DNA from: Cyanophora paradoxa CCMP329
Taxonomy: Eukaryota > Plantae > Glaucophyta
Direction of reading: 5' to 3'
NCBI GenBank assembly: GCA_004431415.1
Contig: QPMI01000103.1
Coordinates: forward strand, 62,001 to 126,000
DNA: 64,000 bases
Below the pieces are notes generated by a model. The model did not search any database. It worked only from the letters and a program-made list of their open reading frames with translations, and was not told where the DNA came from. Positions within the stretch are counted from its first letter, which is position 1. Each line of letters begins with the position of its first letter. This document shows positions 37,671 through 51,300 of this stretch, piece by piece. The position numbers and the translations under genes are program-made.

Positions 37671-38119
37671 AGCACGCGCCATGGCCATTCCACGCCTTCT
37701 AGGCCAGCCTGAAGTACCATACGCGTAGTACTACGGAGCGTGGCGCGTGTGATTCGAGTTAACGATAGGATCCTCTGCTAAGCTCTGCGCTTGCCGTGCA
37801 TATAGCTATAACCTAAACTTGCAGGCAGTGAATTTGATCGCTTGGCGGCCTATGCACGTGTACCCGTCGCAAAGTGAGTTTTCCGTCGAGTTAACGCCGA
37901 GTTTCTAGCTGCGTGGGTGCGTTCGCCGTGCTTGCTCCTTGAAGCTATAGCCCTTAGTGAGCACCTGGGCGATACGCGGTCCGCGTCGACCACGATCGCG
38001 GGGCCGTCCCCCACCGCCCTCGCAGAGCTGCGACTCGCCGGGTGGCGTGTGCGTTACCTGACTGGTTTACGTGCTTTTGTAGTTCGCGTTCGCCCCCGCA
38101 CGTCCTTCCTGAAAGCACA

Positions 38120-39941
<1,822 letters not shown>

Positions 39942-40348
39942 GCGCCTCTCGAATTTCTTTCTGCGCTCTCTGGCGGCCCACGTGCACAGCGCGGGACCAG
40001 AGCACATGGCCCCCCCTCGTTTTCCCTCTCCTTTCTAGCACTAGTACTGCCGCAGCCGCAGTACGGCACGTATCGTTTCTGTCGCTGCAGCAGCGCCTCG
40101 TAGCCCAGGCCTAGTTTACCTGCAGCTGTGCAATTCACCATCTTTATCTGCCAGTTGACGCGTGGCGCGAAGGGATGAAATGGGGGTACAGAGAGATTTG
40201 CTTTAATTGGGACGAACCGAGCAAGACCCTGAGAACGAGAGTGACCCAGCACAAGCGCCGGCGCCAAGCTAGCAGCACACAGACGCAACCAGGAAGACCA
40301 TCAGGAGCTTTGAGAGAGATCAAGAGCTTAGCAGTGCGCCAGCAAAAG

Positions 40349-41535
40349 ATGAGTCAGACGCAGCTTCCATCGTTGCGCCGGACGGTGGACGACTATGGTG
40401 TGGATTACATGAACAGAGGGTCGATGTACGGGAGCTCAATGCGAAGCTACACCAACACGGACTCCTGCAGGTCGGCCTGAGGTTATTGTTGTCCCACGAA
40501 AACGGTCTTGTCGCTGACGCGGGCTGGTTGCGCACAGGGGCGTCTTCCGCAGGTTAGTGATGTCAAGCTAAGAGTTTCAGTGCTCACAGCAGCCCCCTAG
40601 CTAGCTTCGCGCCGATTTCGGTATCTCGTGGGCGATTCGATGCCGCTGCTCAGCGGGCGGGTAGCAAGCGCAAGACTCCCCATTTCAAGGGCCTTTTAAC
40701 GCCCCGCCATGCCCCGCTTTTTGCAAGTTCCAGACTGTCGGCTGCCCTCTGCGCGCCGCGCGCCGGGCGGCTCGCTAGCGCCCATGCTAGCCCCGAGCCT
40801 TGCAACTTCAATCCGCTCAGAGCTCTGACGACTTGCCCGCTCAGGAACGGAGAGGTGATAGCAGTGGCGCACCCGGTGCCCAAGCTCGCGAACCTGACGG
40901 CCAAGGAGCCGAGCATTATCGGCAGGCTGGACGCCGTGCGCGACGGCACTGTGACCAGGTCCGCCAGGGACGGCTCCCTGTGGCCGGAGGTCCTGGCGCG
41001 GGGCGCTCACGCCGTCCCGCCCCGCAGCTTGTACAGGGATAGCTACCGCCCCGCCACCGGCATCGGCCTCGGGGTGAGGACCGGCGCGGCGCGCGGCCTC
41101 TGGCCCTCGCTGACTCGAGCCCCGCCCGCCGCAGGTCAAGAAGCCCCTCACGCCGTACACGGCGAACGCGCCGAGGAACCGGCTGGCGGTGCGGTTCGAG
41201 AACGACGCGTGGCCCAAGGTCCGGCACTGCAAGCCCTGGGCCCAGGCCGGCACCATCTCGTGCGCGCCGCGCTCCCCCGCCCGCCGCCCGTCGCCTGCGC
41301 CGACGGCGGGCTGCAGGCTGGAGGACAGGCGGGGCGGTACCGATAAAAGGCGATTCATCAGTGAGTACCAGAACAGCTACATGGGCATCAACGACATGCC
41401 CGTCGGTGCGCCGCCCGGCCGGATCCCGCCCTGCCCGCGCCCCGCTGAGCGGAGCCTGGCGCCGGCGCAGGCGTCGCGAACCCGGGCATCATGTCGGAGA
41501 AAACGAGGATCTTGCATCAGATGCAACTCAAGTGA
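40349..41535 (+). CDS. Small uncharacterised protein, possibly a ciliary microtubule-binding protein
   Basis: Spliced exons MSQTQLPSL..|..SLYRDSY..|VKKPLTPYTANAPRNRL..|..RRFISEYQNSY..|GVANPGIMSEKTRILHQMQLK*; middle exon structure unclear. Confidence 0.6.
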
Positions 41536-42306
41536 TCGGACGGGGCGGGCGGAGCAGCCACGATGCTATAGCTAGAATACTCAGGCTAGGCTATCTTCAG
41601 GTAGGAGCCCCAGGGCGGTCGCTCCGGCCCGGGAATATCCTGGAGCCGCCGCGTGTACCCCATTATTCGACCGATAACTTTACTTGTACTCGCACATTCA
41701 ATTCTGCACCATGGCCAAGCTGAAGGCACTCGCCTCTCTGGGCACCAGCGCATGTTTTGACGAGCCTCGGAGGCGCCGCTTTAGCTAGCTATAATAGCCC
41801 TGGCCCGCTTGGGCCGATGCGCGCATTTCTTGCTCATGTGTTGCAATCAGGTGGTACATTTACATCCAGCTCATATACGTATACGTACCGTACGCGTACG
41901 AGCGCGGCCACAAAACAATTAATCATATGCATGGCACGTGTTCCAACGTGCACTGTTATGAAATCTTGTCCGCGTCGTATAAGAATTCTTAGGGCTCATA
42001 GTGAGCTTAAGTAATAGCTACGAGAAAGCTAATTACTACGGAAAACGACATATAGCCGGATCTCAACAGAAGTGTACAGGCGGCTGGGTTCCGAAAGAGG
42101 AAAAATTCAAACGGCTGATACTAAGACTAGCCTGGAGATGAGCAAGCCGCGAAGCGAAACGAAAAGAGGAAGTCTTCAGAAGAGCGAGCCCACAAGGAGC
42201 TAAGTTGTCTCGTTGACGGACTAGTACACTAGTGTAGCACCCTGTCGGGCAGGGGGGGGGGGGGGGGGGGGGGCGTAGGGCGGCGGAGCGAGCTGGGGCG
42301 GGGCGG

Positions 42307-44528
42307 TCAGAAGAAGGAGGGGGAGCCCGTGAAGGCGGCGAGGGGGTCATCCCAGGCGACCGAGTCCCAGTTGGGTGTCCCCGGCGTGAGGGGCCCGACC
42401 AGCGGCGTCAGCGGGCCCAGCGGGCCCAGCCCCGCCAGCGGCCCGGGCCCCGCGGCCGGCGGCGGCGAGGGCGCCGGCGCGGCCGCCGCCGGCGGCGCGC
42501 TCGACGCGGCCTCCGGCTCGAAGGGGGAGGAGCCCGGCATCGCCCACGGGGGAGGGGGAGAAGCCCTGGGGGAAGGAGCCGGGGGGGAAGGGGCCCGAGG
42601 GGGGTTGGCGGGGCGGAGGGGCTGGAGGAAGTAGGGCCCGGCGGGGGAGGCCTGCCCCCGCGACGAGCTGCTGGGCCCCGCCGGCGGCTGCCCGGCGCTG
42701 CCGCGGCGCCCCGCGGGGATCCGGTGCGGCAGCTCCTCCTCCTCTTCCTCCTCTTCCTCGTCCTCGTCGTCCTGCAGCGGGCGGGTTGGGCGCGGCCGGC
42801 GGGGGGCGGGCGGGGCGGGCCGGGGCGGGGCGCGCACGTCGCCGGGGGCAGGGTGACGACGGAGGAGGAGGCGACGACGGGGGCCATGAAGGGGCACAGG
42901 CCCGGCTGCGCCGACTGCGGGGCCGGCGCCGAGGGCGGCGCCCGCCGCGCCGGCTGCGCCGGGCAGGCGCCGGGCCTGGCCGGGCTTGGGGCCGACGACG
43001 ACGGCCGGCTGCTCGGCGACGCCCTTGGGGAGGGGCAGGGTGCCGCCCATGATGAGGCCCGGCACGGGCACCGCGATCAGCTCCAGCACCGGCACGCCGT
43101 TCGCCGGCGTCCGCTCGAGCGCGTCCTGCCCCGCCCCCGCCCCGTCGGCGCCGGCCGGCGCGGCGCGCGCGGGGCGAGGGGCGAAGACGGCGGACCTGGA
43201 CGACGCGGTCGAAGTCCTCCTCGCACTTGACGTAGAGCACGGGCTGGATCGTCGCCGACTTGACAGCGAAGGGCACTGTCCCGGGGCAGCCCTGCCGGCC
43301 CCCCGCGTCGGGCGCGGCCGGAAGGCGGGGGAAGGACGGGCGGGGCGCACGGGGGAGGCGCTGCAGCCGGAGGAGACGACGGAGGCGAGGGCGGTGAGGC
43401 CCGGGGCGTGCCCGACCTGCCCGGGCGGGCCCCGCGGGCAGATCGGCAGCACGCGCACGTCCCCGCAGCACGTGAAGAAGAAGCGCGCGATCAGCTCCGG
43501 CTCCGGCTTGCAGCCCGAGGAGGAGGGGCCGCCCTCCGACTTGACGGGCGGCCACGAGCCCGGCGGGCCGACGGGCGCCGCGAACGGGACGTTGTACATC
43601 GGGTGCACGCGTATGGAGACGGGCACGACCGGCAGCGGCATCGTCCCGGTCCCGAACAGCGACGAGGCCGGCAGCGTCGTCGGCGTCGGGCTCGAGTGCA
43701 GCGGCGGCCGCCAGTAAGGCGCGCACGGGTCCGGCGTCGTCCCGCCGCGCGGCGGCGAGCAGGTGGCGCTCGTGTCGGGGTGCGGTGGCGAGCACTTCGT
43801 CGGAGCGCACGCGGCGGCGTTGTTCGGCACCGACGCGGAGCGCTGCCGCGGCGGGAGGAGCTTCGCCACGGGAGCTTTCAGCGGCCGGCTCAGCGCGTTC
43901 TTCAGTGCCTTGACTCTGCGGCGGCGCCGTCGGCTGGGCTCCGTTTCGCGTCAAGGGCGAAAGCGCACCTTCGCCCGGGCCACCGCGTGATCCCGAATCT
44001 TCGGCACCACTTCTTCAGCGTCGTCCCTGCCGAGGCCGCGTCTCAGAGCGCAGATGCGCCGAAGCACGGGAGCCCCGCACCGCTGACGCCCAAGTGTGCT
44101 GCTGCCTCCAGCAGGTTCTGGATGGCGCGTTCAGGCAGTGCTATGGTGCGGGCGGTAGCGGCATCAGTGCACCTTGTCCATGAGCTTGACCAGCGTCTCG
44201 AAGGAAAAACGCGCGTTGCACACCTGGGGGTGCGTCGCCGGCACCCCCGGCAGCAGCGTTGTCAGCACGCTCAAGTCATCGATGCTTGCCCTCCGGGACT
44301 GAGCCCAAGTGCCCATCAAAAGACGAGCAAGCACAGTGCGGGGAGACCGCGCACCCCAGGCCCTGTCGTATCCGCATCCGATGATTCGTCCCGTTCTCCA
44401 TCGAAGTCCTCCTCGCCACTCGAAACATCTACCGCAGAGGGCGCTTCCGTGGCTGGCGATGACCGCGTGCTCCCCTGCCTATCTGATTTCCTGTCCTCGG
44501 CTTGTGAATCCGCACTAGTACTTTCCAT
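42307..44528 (-). CDS. RWP-RK transcription factor with a downstream PB1-like domain
   Basis: Splicing gives FSFETLVKLMDK|NLLEAAAHLGVSG|TTLKKWCRRFGITRWPGR (RWP-RK, ~43965-44225). Then RFFFTCCGDVRVLPI..FAVKS..LYVKCEEDFDRVVQ|DALER..VLELIAV (PB1-like, ~43060-43495). Confidence 0.85.
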
Positions 44529-45369
44529 GGCAGCGCCGCAGTCGCAGTCGCCGCAGTCGCAGTCTCCAACACATTCAGCGCCGCTCGACCGGGCTGCTTT
44601 GCGAGGGCTGGCGCTGCTGGCACGATCGCTAGCAATAATAAAAGTTCGGAGTGGCCGCTATCCGGCCAACTTCTAGCTCGCCCACACAGAGGCTGTGAGA
44701 CCGACTGCCGGGATACCACTTGCAAGCGCTGCACGCCCAGACACGCCCAGCCCAGTTCTAGACTGAGATGCTTCAAGAATCAGGATCGATCCCGCGAGTC
44801 CCGCCGGGAGTCCCCCGCCGCGGACTCGGGAGAGCTCAGCTGCTCGAGCTCCGGCCCCCGGGTGCTCCCACAGCCTCCCAGTGCCTCCCACTGATCGAGT
44901 CCTACGTATACAGAGATCTAGATTCTAGAGCCGGTACGTACCGGTACTACGGTACTAGTACAGTAGTAGTACAGTAGTACTGCGTATGCGGCGGCGGCGC
45001 GGCGCGGACGTCGACGCGCACGAAGGCCAGACCGGCGTCGACCAGCCGTTCTTATTAATTATAATATTTCTTATTGCGACATGCATGCGCATAACTCAAA
45101 GGGGGTACATGTATATTTGTCAGAAAAAGTCCGAGCCTCCGAAGTTCGAAAGTCCGGAAAGTCCGAATTCGCAGGCTCCGCAGGATCGCAGCCTCAGGGC
45201 CTCGCGCAGCGCGGCCCTGGTGCGCGGCAGCCGCGCGCGGGCCCGCCGCCGCCGGGAACGGCGCGCATGCGCACGCGCGCATGCGCGCATGCGCAGGCCG
45301 GCACCGGCGCGCCGCGCGCCGCCCGTGCGCGCGCGTGCGGGCCGCGCCGCCCGCGCGCGCGCACGAGCA

Positions 45370-48300
45370 CTACGTCTGAGACTCACTAGAAGAGGGCGAC
45401 GTCCAGGGGGTCGCGGTTGGGGCGCGCTGGCGCCGCGCCCCCGCCGTCGCTGGCCGCCTGCTGAGGCAGGGGCGGCGGGGGCCTGGGAGACCCCCCGGCG
45501 GCGGCGGCGGGCCCGAGGCCGCGCCAGGGTCGCGTGGGGAGGTGGCCGGGGCTGGGGTACCGGTGACGACGGTGACGGGTACAGAGTAGAGCCGGATGGG
45601 CTCCTGGGGAGGGGCCGGGGCAAGGGCGGGGTCCAGCGGGGGTCCAGCGGCGACGCGGGCCGCTCGCGCTCCGCGGCGAGGGCGAGGCGGGCGCGGAGGA
45701 CGGGGGGGAGGAAGTCGTCGTCGTCGGAGCCCCCGGGGGGCGCGAGAAGCGCGCCGGGGGCCGCGCGGGGGCAGCGGCGCCGGCGCCGGGGCCGGGCCCG
45801 GCTCCACGGCGCGGGGAGACGGGGCCGCGGAGGAGGCGCGGCTCCGGCGGGCCCTGCCGCGCCGGCGGGCGGGGGGCTCCCCCGCGGGGAAGGCGCTGGC
45901 GGCGGGGGGCGGGGGCGGGGGGCGGGGGCGGGGCGGCGGGGCCTCGTCGCGCTGGGCGAGGGGCCCCTCGGCCCAGAGCCCGAGGGCGAGCTCGGCCTTG
46001 AGGGCGGGGAGGAGCCAGCCGTGCTCGCCCCCGGCGCCCTTGCGCGGGTCGAGCGCGGGGCCGCCCCGCGCCAGCCGCTTCAGCTTGCGGAGCTCGATCT
46101 CCTCGGACATGCGGCGGTAGCGGCGGAGGGCGGGGATGCGCTCGGCGGCGGCGGAGCGGGCGAGGGCGAGGCGCTCGGCGTGGCCGCGGATGGCCGCCTG
46201 CAGGCGCCCCGCCGCGTAGTGCAGCACGAGCGCCCCTGCGGGGACGCTCGCCGCGCGCGGGCGGGGCGGGGCGGGGCGGGGCGGACCCTCGCTCATGGCG
46301 ACGCCCCGAGGCGCTTGGCCTGCTCGGCGGCGCGCCGGCGGTGCTCCTCCAGGCCCACCCAGCGCCTGCCGCCCGGCGACGCCCGGTCGCCTCGGCCCGG
46401 CGGGCGGGGCGGCGGGCGGGGCGGCGGGCGGGGCCGGGGGCACCCGAGGGCGAGAGCGTCGAGCTGCTTGGCGCAGTGCGCGGGGAGCTCCACCCCGTGG
46501 CCCTGCCCCCGGCCCGCCCCGTCACGGGCGGGGCGGCGGGGTGCGGCGGGGGCGGCGCCGCACGGCGTAGACGTGGCAGACGACCGCGCGGATGAGGTCC
46601 GCGTAGTGCACCCGCCCTGTCCGGCGCGGCGCGGCGCGGCGCCGGTCGTGAGGGCGCTGCGCGGGGGCTCGCTCGCCGGCGGGGGGCGGACCCTCGGCGA
46701 CGGGGACGTCCTTCAGCGCCCGCAGCATCGCGATCGCCGTGCCCGCCCCGGCCCTGCGCGGGGGTCAGCGCGGGCGGGGGCCGGGGCGGGGGGCCCGTGG
46801 GCGCGGGGGGCGGGCCGGGGGCGGCTTCGGAGCGGTGCGTCACGGCGAGGTCCTGCCCGTCGCCCGTCCCGAGCTTCATGCGCTTCTTCGGGCCGGCGCC
46901 GGCCTGCGCGCGCGGCCGGCCGGAGGGCGGCGCTCACAGAGCGCCGCGGGGGCTTCGCGGGGCGGGGCGGCGCGCCGGCTGGTCGCTGGGGATGAGGCCG
47001 ACGGTGCGGAGGAGGAGGCGCATGCCGCTGGAGACGTGCATGAAGCCCGTGGCGCCGGGGTCGCGCCGCTCCCAGCCCGACGCGAACTGGTCCAGGTCGC
47101 GCTCCGAAACTCTGTACCCCTCCCGCGCCGAGACGGCGTCGAAGGCGTCCAGAACGACGGCGATGAAGAGGTTGTTCCCGATCGAGAAGGCCAGGAACAT
47201 GAAGCTGCAGAAGAAGACGGGCGCCACGACCGGCGAGCCGCACTCCTGCCCCGCCCCTCAGAGGGAGGGAGGGGGAGGAGGAGGGGGCGGGGCGGGCCTT
47301 GAAGGGGACCCCCGGGTCGCAGCCGCTCGCCTCGTCGCGCATGTGGTCCCACATGATGTAGTCCTGCAGCGCGATCAGCCCGACACAAGGCGGGGCGGGG
47401 CGGGGCGGGCGGGGGGAAGCGGGCGGACCCAGTTCTCGCCCGTGGTCATGCGGAAGAGGGTGACCATGGCGCGCGGCAGCGTGCGGAAGTTCACGTCGTC
47501 CGAGAGCTGCCGCCCCGCTCCCTCCCTCGGAGGCGGCGGGGGCGGGGCGGCGGGGCGGGGGCGGACCTCGGCGGCGCCCTCGATCATGACGTGGCGGAAG
47601 AGCCAGACGCCGACGATGCCGTACACGTAGATGATGAGGAGGATGAGCAGGCCCACCGAGCAGAGCGCGGGGAGGCTGCCCCGCCCCGTCAGCGGGGCGG
47701 GGCGGGGCGGGGCGGGGCGGGCGGGCGGGCCTGTGGTAGAGGGTGGCGAAGAGGACGCGGACGCCCCGAATGTGGCGCGCCAGCCGCAGGAGCCGCTGCG
47801 GGACGGCTCAAGGGGCGGAGGAGCGGGGCGCGGCGGAATCGACTCGAAGCGGGGCGGCGCGCCGACATGCGGATGAGGCGGAGGGCGCGGAGGGAATTGG
47901 GGCCGATCCCCACGTTCAGGGCCTCTGCCGCGAGCCCCAGGATCCCTGCGGCGGGGGTCAGGGAAGGGGGCGGGGGGCGAAGGGAGGGGAGGAGGGGGGC
48001 GGGGCGCGGGCCGAGGAAGGTGACGGCGCCGTCGAGTGCGTCCCACGTGGAGGAGAGGTACACGCGGGGGCCCAACCCGTACAGCTGCCGCCCGCAAGGC
48101 CTCGGCGGGGTACTGTTTCGTCGGAGCGGGGCCGGGGCGGACCTTGACGACGGCCTCGAGGGCGAAGGCGACGACAAAGCCCGTGTTGATGCGCTCCAGC
48201 GTCTCTTCGTACCCCTGACTCCGCGGGTAGTACGTCGCCGCCAGCACCTGCCGCGGCCGCTCGTGAGAGACCGGGCCGGGCCGTGCGGGGCGGGGCGGGG

Positions 48301-51300
48301 CGAGGGGCTCGCACGGCGACGTTCGCGAGGACGAGGAGCTGCACCACCGCCTCGAACCACGCCGACCGCGTCTGCCCCGCCCGCCCCCTCAGCCGGGCCG
48401 CCCTGCAGCAGCAGGGCGGGGGCGGGAGGGCGAGAGGGCGGGCGGGCGGACCGCGTCCCAGATCCAGCGGCGGGGGCCCTCCGGGGGCGCGTCCAGCTTC
48501 CCCCGCAGCCGCCGCTTCAGCGCTGCGCGCGGGGCGGCTCGCGCAAGCGCAGGCAGCGGGGGTACGGCGCCGCACCGACGAGGAGGATGTCGCGGAGCTC
48601 GCGCTCGTCAGATGAGAGGAGCGCCCCGCCCTGGGGGAACGGAATCGTTGGGGAGGGAGGAAGAGAGGGGTACGAGCGGGGCGGACCTGGGCCTCGGCGG
48701 CGCCCTCCTCGTCGGCCTTGCGCGCGTTGGAGAAGAAGTAGACGAGCGTGCCGATGATCTGCGGCCGAGGCCTCAGAGGAGAAGCCCCCCGGGGGAGGGG
48801 GGGGGGGAGGGGCGGGGGGTACGGGCCATGGCGAAGCCGACGTAGAGACCGAAGTAGAGGAAGAGGTGGGAGAAGAGGGCGGCCGCCTCATTGTGCCGCG
48901 CCTGCCCGCCCCGCTCAGCGGGGGGGAGAGGGGGGGTGGGTGGGGGGGCTGGGACCTGGACGGCGAAGCCCGGGCCGACGGCGTCCTCGGCGTAGTGGCG
49001 GTACTCGTTCCACTGCTCCAGCGACGCGCTCTCGTACAGGTGCAGCATCGCCATCTGCGAGGGGCGTCGCTCGCGGTGGGAGGCATGATCCACCGCGGCG
49101 CGGGTTGCTCGCGCACGGGGAACGAGTCGAGGTTCTGCCAGTAGAAGAGGGGCTCCCAGCGCGCCTCCATGACCTGCGGCGCGGGGCTCGATGTGGGGGC
49201 GCAGGCGCGGCGGGGCGGGGCGGGGCGGACGGCGCCGGTGGCCTCGTCGAGGTAGGGCCCGGCGCAGTCCTCGACGCGCAGGGCGGCGGGGTTCGTGCAG
49301 CGGTGGTAGGCGCCCCCGAAGAGCCGCACCGCCACCACCCCTGCCCCGCGCACCGCGGCTCAGCCCGAGGGCCCGGCTCGGCGCGGCTCGGCGCGGGCGC
49401 ACCGAAGACACTCCAGAGGGCGGCGTTGATGAGGAGGACGCGGAGGAGGACGCCGCCGCCGTTGCGGAAGGTGGCGATCAGCGCCCGCGTCGTCCGCAGC
49501 CGCGTCAGCAGCCGCAGCATCTGCGCGCGCGGGCGGCCCCGCTCGGAAGCAGCGGGGCGGGCGGCGGGGCGGGGCGAGGCGGGGCGGGCCATGACGGAGC
49601 GGCAGACGCGGAGGGCGCGGAGGGCCTTGTTGGAGGGCAGGTTCAGCCAGTCCGAGATCGTCCTGCCCGCCGTCAGCCGCGGGCACGGGCGGGCGGGCGG
49701 GCGGGGGCGGGGAGAGGGGGCGGGGCGCGCGAGGCGAGGGAGGTGCCGACGACGACGAAGTCGAGGATCGAGAGGGGCTGCCGCAGGTAGGCCCCCTCCC
49801 CCAGCACCAGGCCCTTCGCCGCCACCTGCCCCCCCGCCCATCCCGCCCGCCTGCCGCGTCAGCGCCGAAGGAGGAAGCAGAGCAGAAGCGGGGGGGCGGG
49901 CCTTGAGGGCGAGCTCGAGGGTGAAGAGGACGGTGAAGAAGCCGTTGGCCGCCTCCGTCGACGGCGACACCTTCTCCGGGCTGCCCGCCGCCCGTCGAGG
50001 GCGGTGTGGGAGATCTCGCGGGGGCGGGGCGCACTTGGAGGCCTCGGAGGCCATGACGGCGGCGTTGCAGCAGACCGCCGCCATCGCCAGCCTGCGCGGC
50101 GCGGCGCGGCGCCCGCTGAGTGCCCCGCCCCGCTGCCGGCCGGCCGGCGCCGGCGCCCGCACCAGAAGAACCAGCCCGAGTCGACGATGCGGGCGCAGCG
50201 CTGCCGGAACCCGCTCGACTTCCTGTCGAGGCGGAGGGTGAGGCGGGGCCGGGCGCGGGCGAGGACCGGCGCGCACGGGATGCAGCAGCAGGCGCGGGAG
50301 TCGGGCCCCGTGTAGGGCTCCAGCGCGCGGGAGAGGCGGCGGCCGAGGGCGCGGGCGCGCCCTCCGAGGGAGCGTACGCGCGCCGGGACGAGCGCGCGGA
50401 ACGAGATGACAGACCCGGACCCGCGCCGCGTGCTCGCCGCCCCCGCCCCCGCCCCCGCCCCGGGCCCGGCGCCTCGGGCGGGGGCGGGGCGAGCATGCCC
50501 TCGGGGGCGGGGGCCACCTTGGCCCTCGGGATGGCGAGGCTCGGGACGGCCGCCGCGCTCCGCGGGGCCTCCTTAGCATCCTTTCCACTCGACCGCTGCT
50601 CCTCTTCCGGCTTCGGAGCCGCCTCCGCTCCCTCCTCCTTCTCCTTGTCGCCGGGCTCGGCGGCCCGGGCGCTCGCGGCGGCGCCGGCGAGCTCGGTGCG
50701 GGCCGTCCCCGGCGCGCTCCGCGCCGTCTTGAGGATGCCGCCCTTGGCGGGGGAGCGCAGGGACGAGGGCGGCCCCGGCTTGGGGGAGGGGCGGGGAGCT
50801 CGGGGTCCGAGCGCGGGCCGGCCTCGCCGGCGAACGAGGCGCGGCGGGGCGGCGCCTCCTCGGCGGCCGGGGCGGCGGTGACGACCATGAGGATGGCCGG
50901 CGGGGCGGCGGCGGGGGAGGCGGGGCCGCCGGTGGGGAGGAGGGCGCGCTCCCGCGGCGCGGGGCGGGGGAGCCCAGGGCCGAGGGCTCGGGCGCGATGG
51001 AGACGTTGCTGCCGCGGCGCGCCCGCCCCGCCGGGCTCGCGTCGCTCGCCTTGCGGGCCGTGCGGAGGGCCCCGGCGGGCGGCGAGGAGGGCTTCTCGGG
51101 TCGGGCGGCCCCCCGCCCCGCGCGCCGTGTTCAGCGGCGCCGGCTTCCCTCCCTCCGGCGAGGTCGGCCGCACGCTCAGCTCGTCCTCCGCGCTGCCCGG
51201 GGCCCCCCGTCGGGCGCAGCGCGCGCGGGCGGGCGCCCCGCCGCGTCGCGGGAGGCGCACCTGTCGCGCTCGGGGGACTGGTGCCCGTCCCCTCCGCGGA

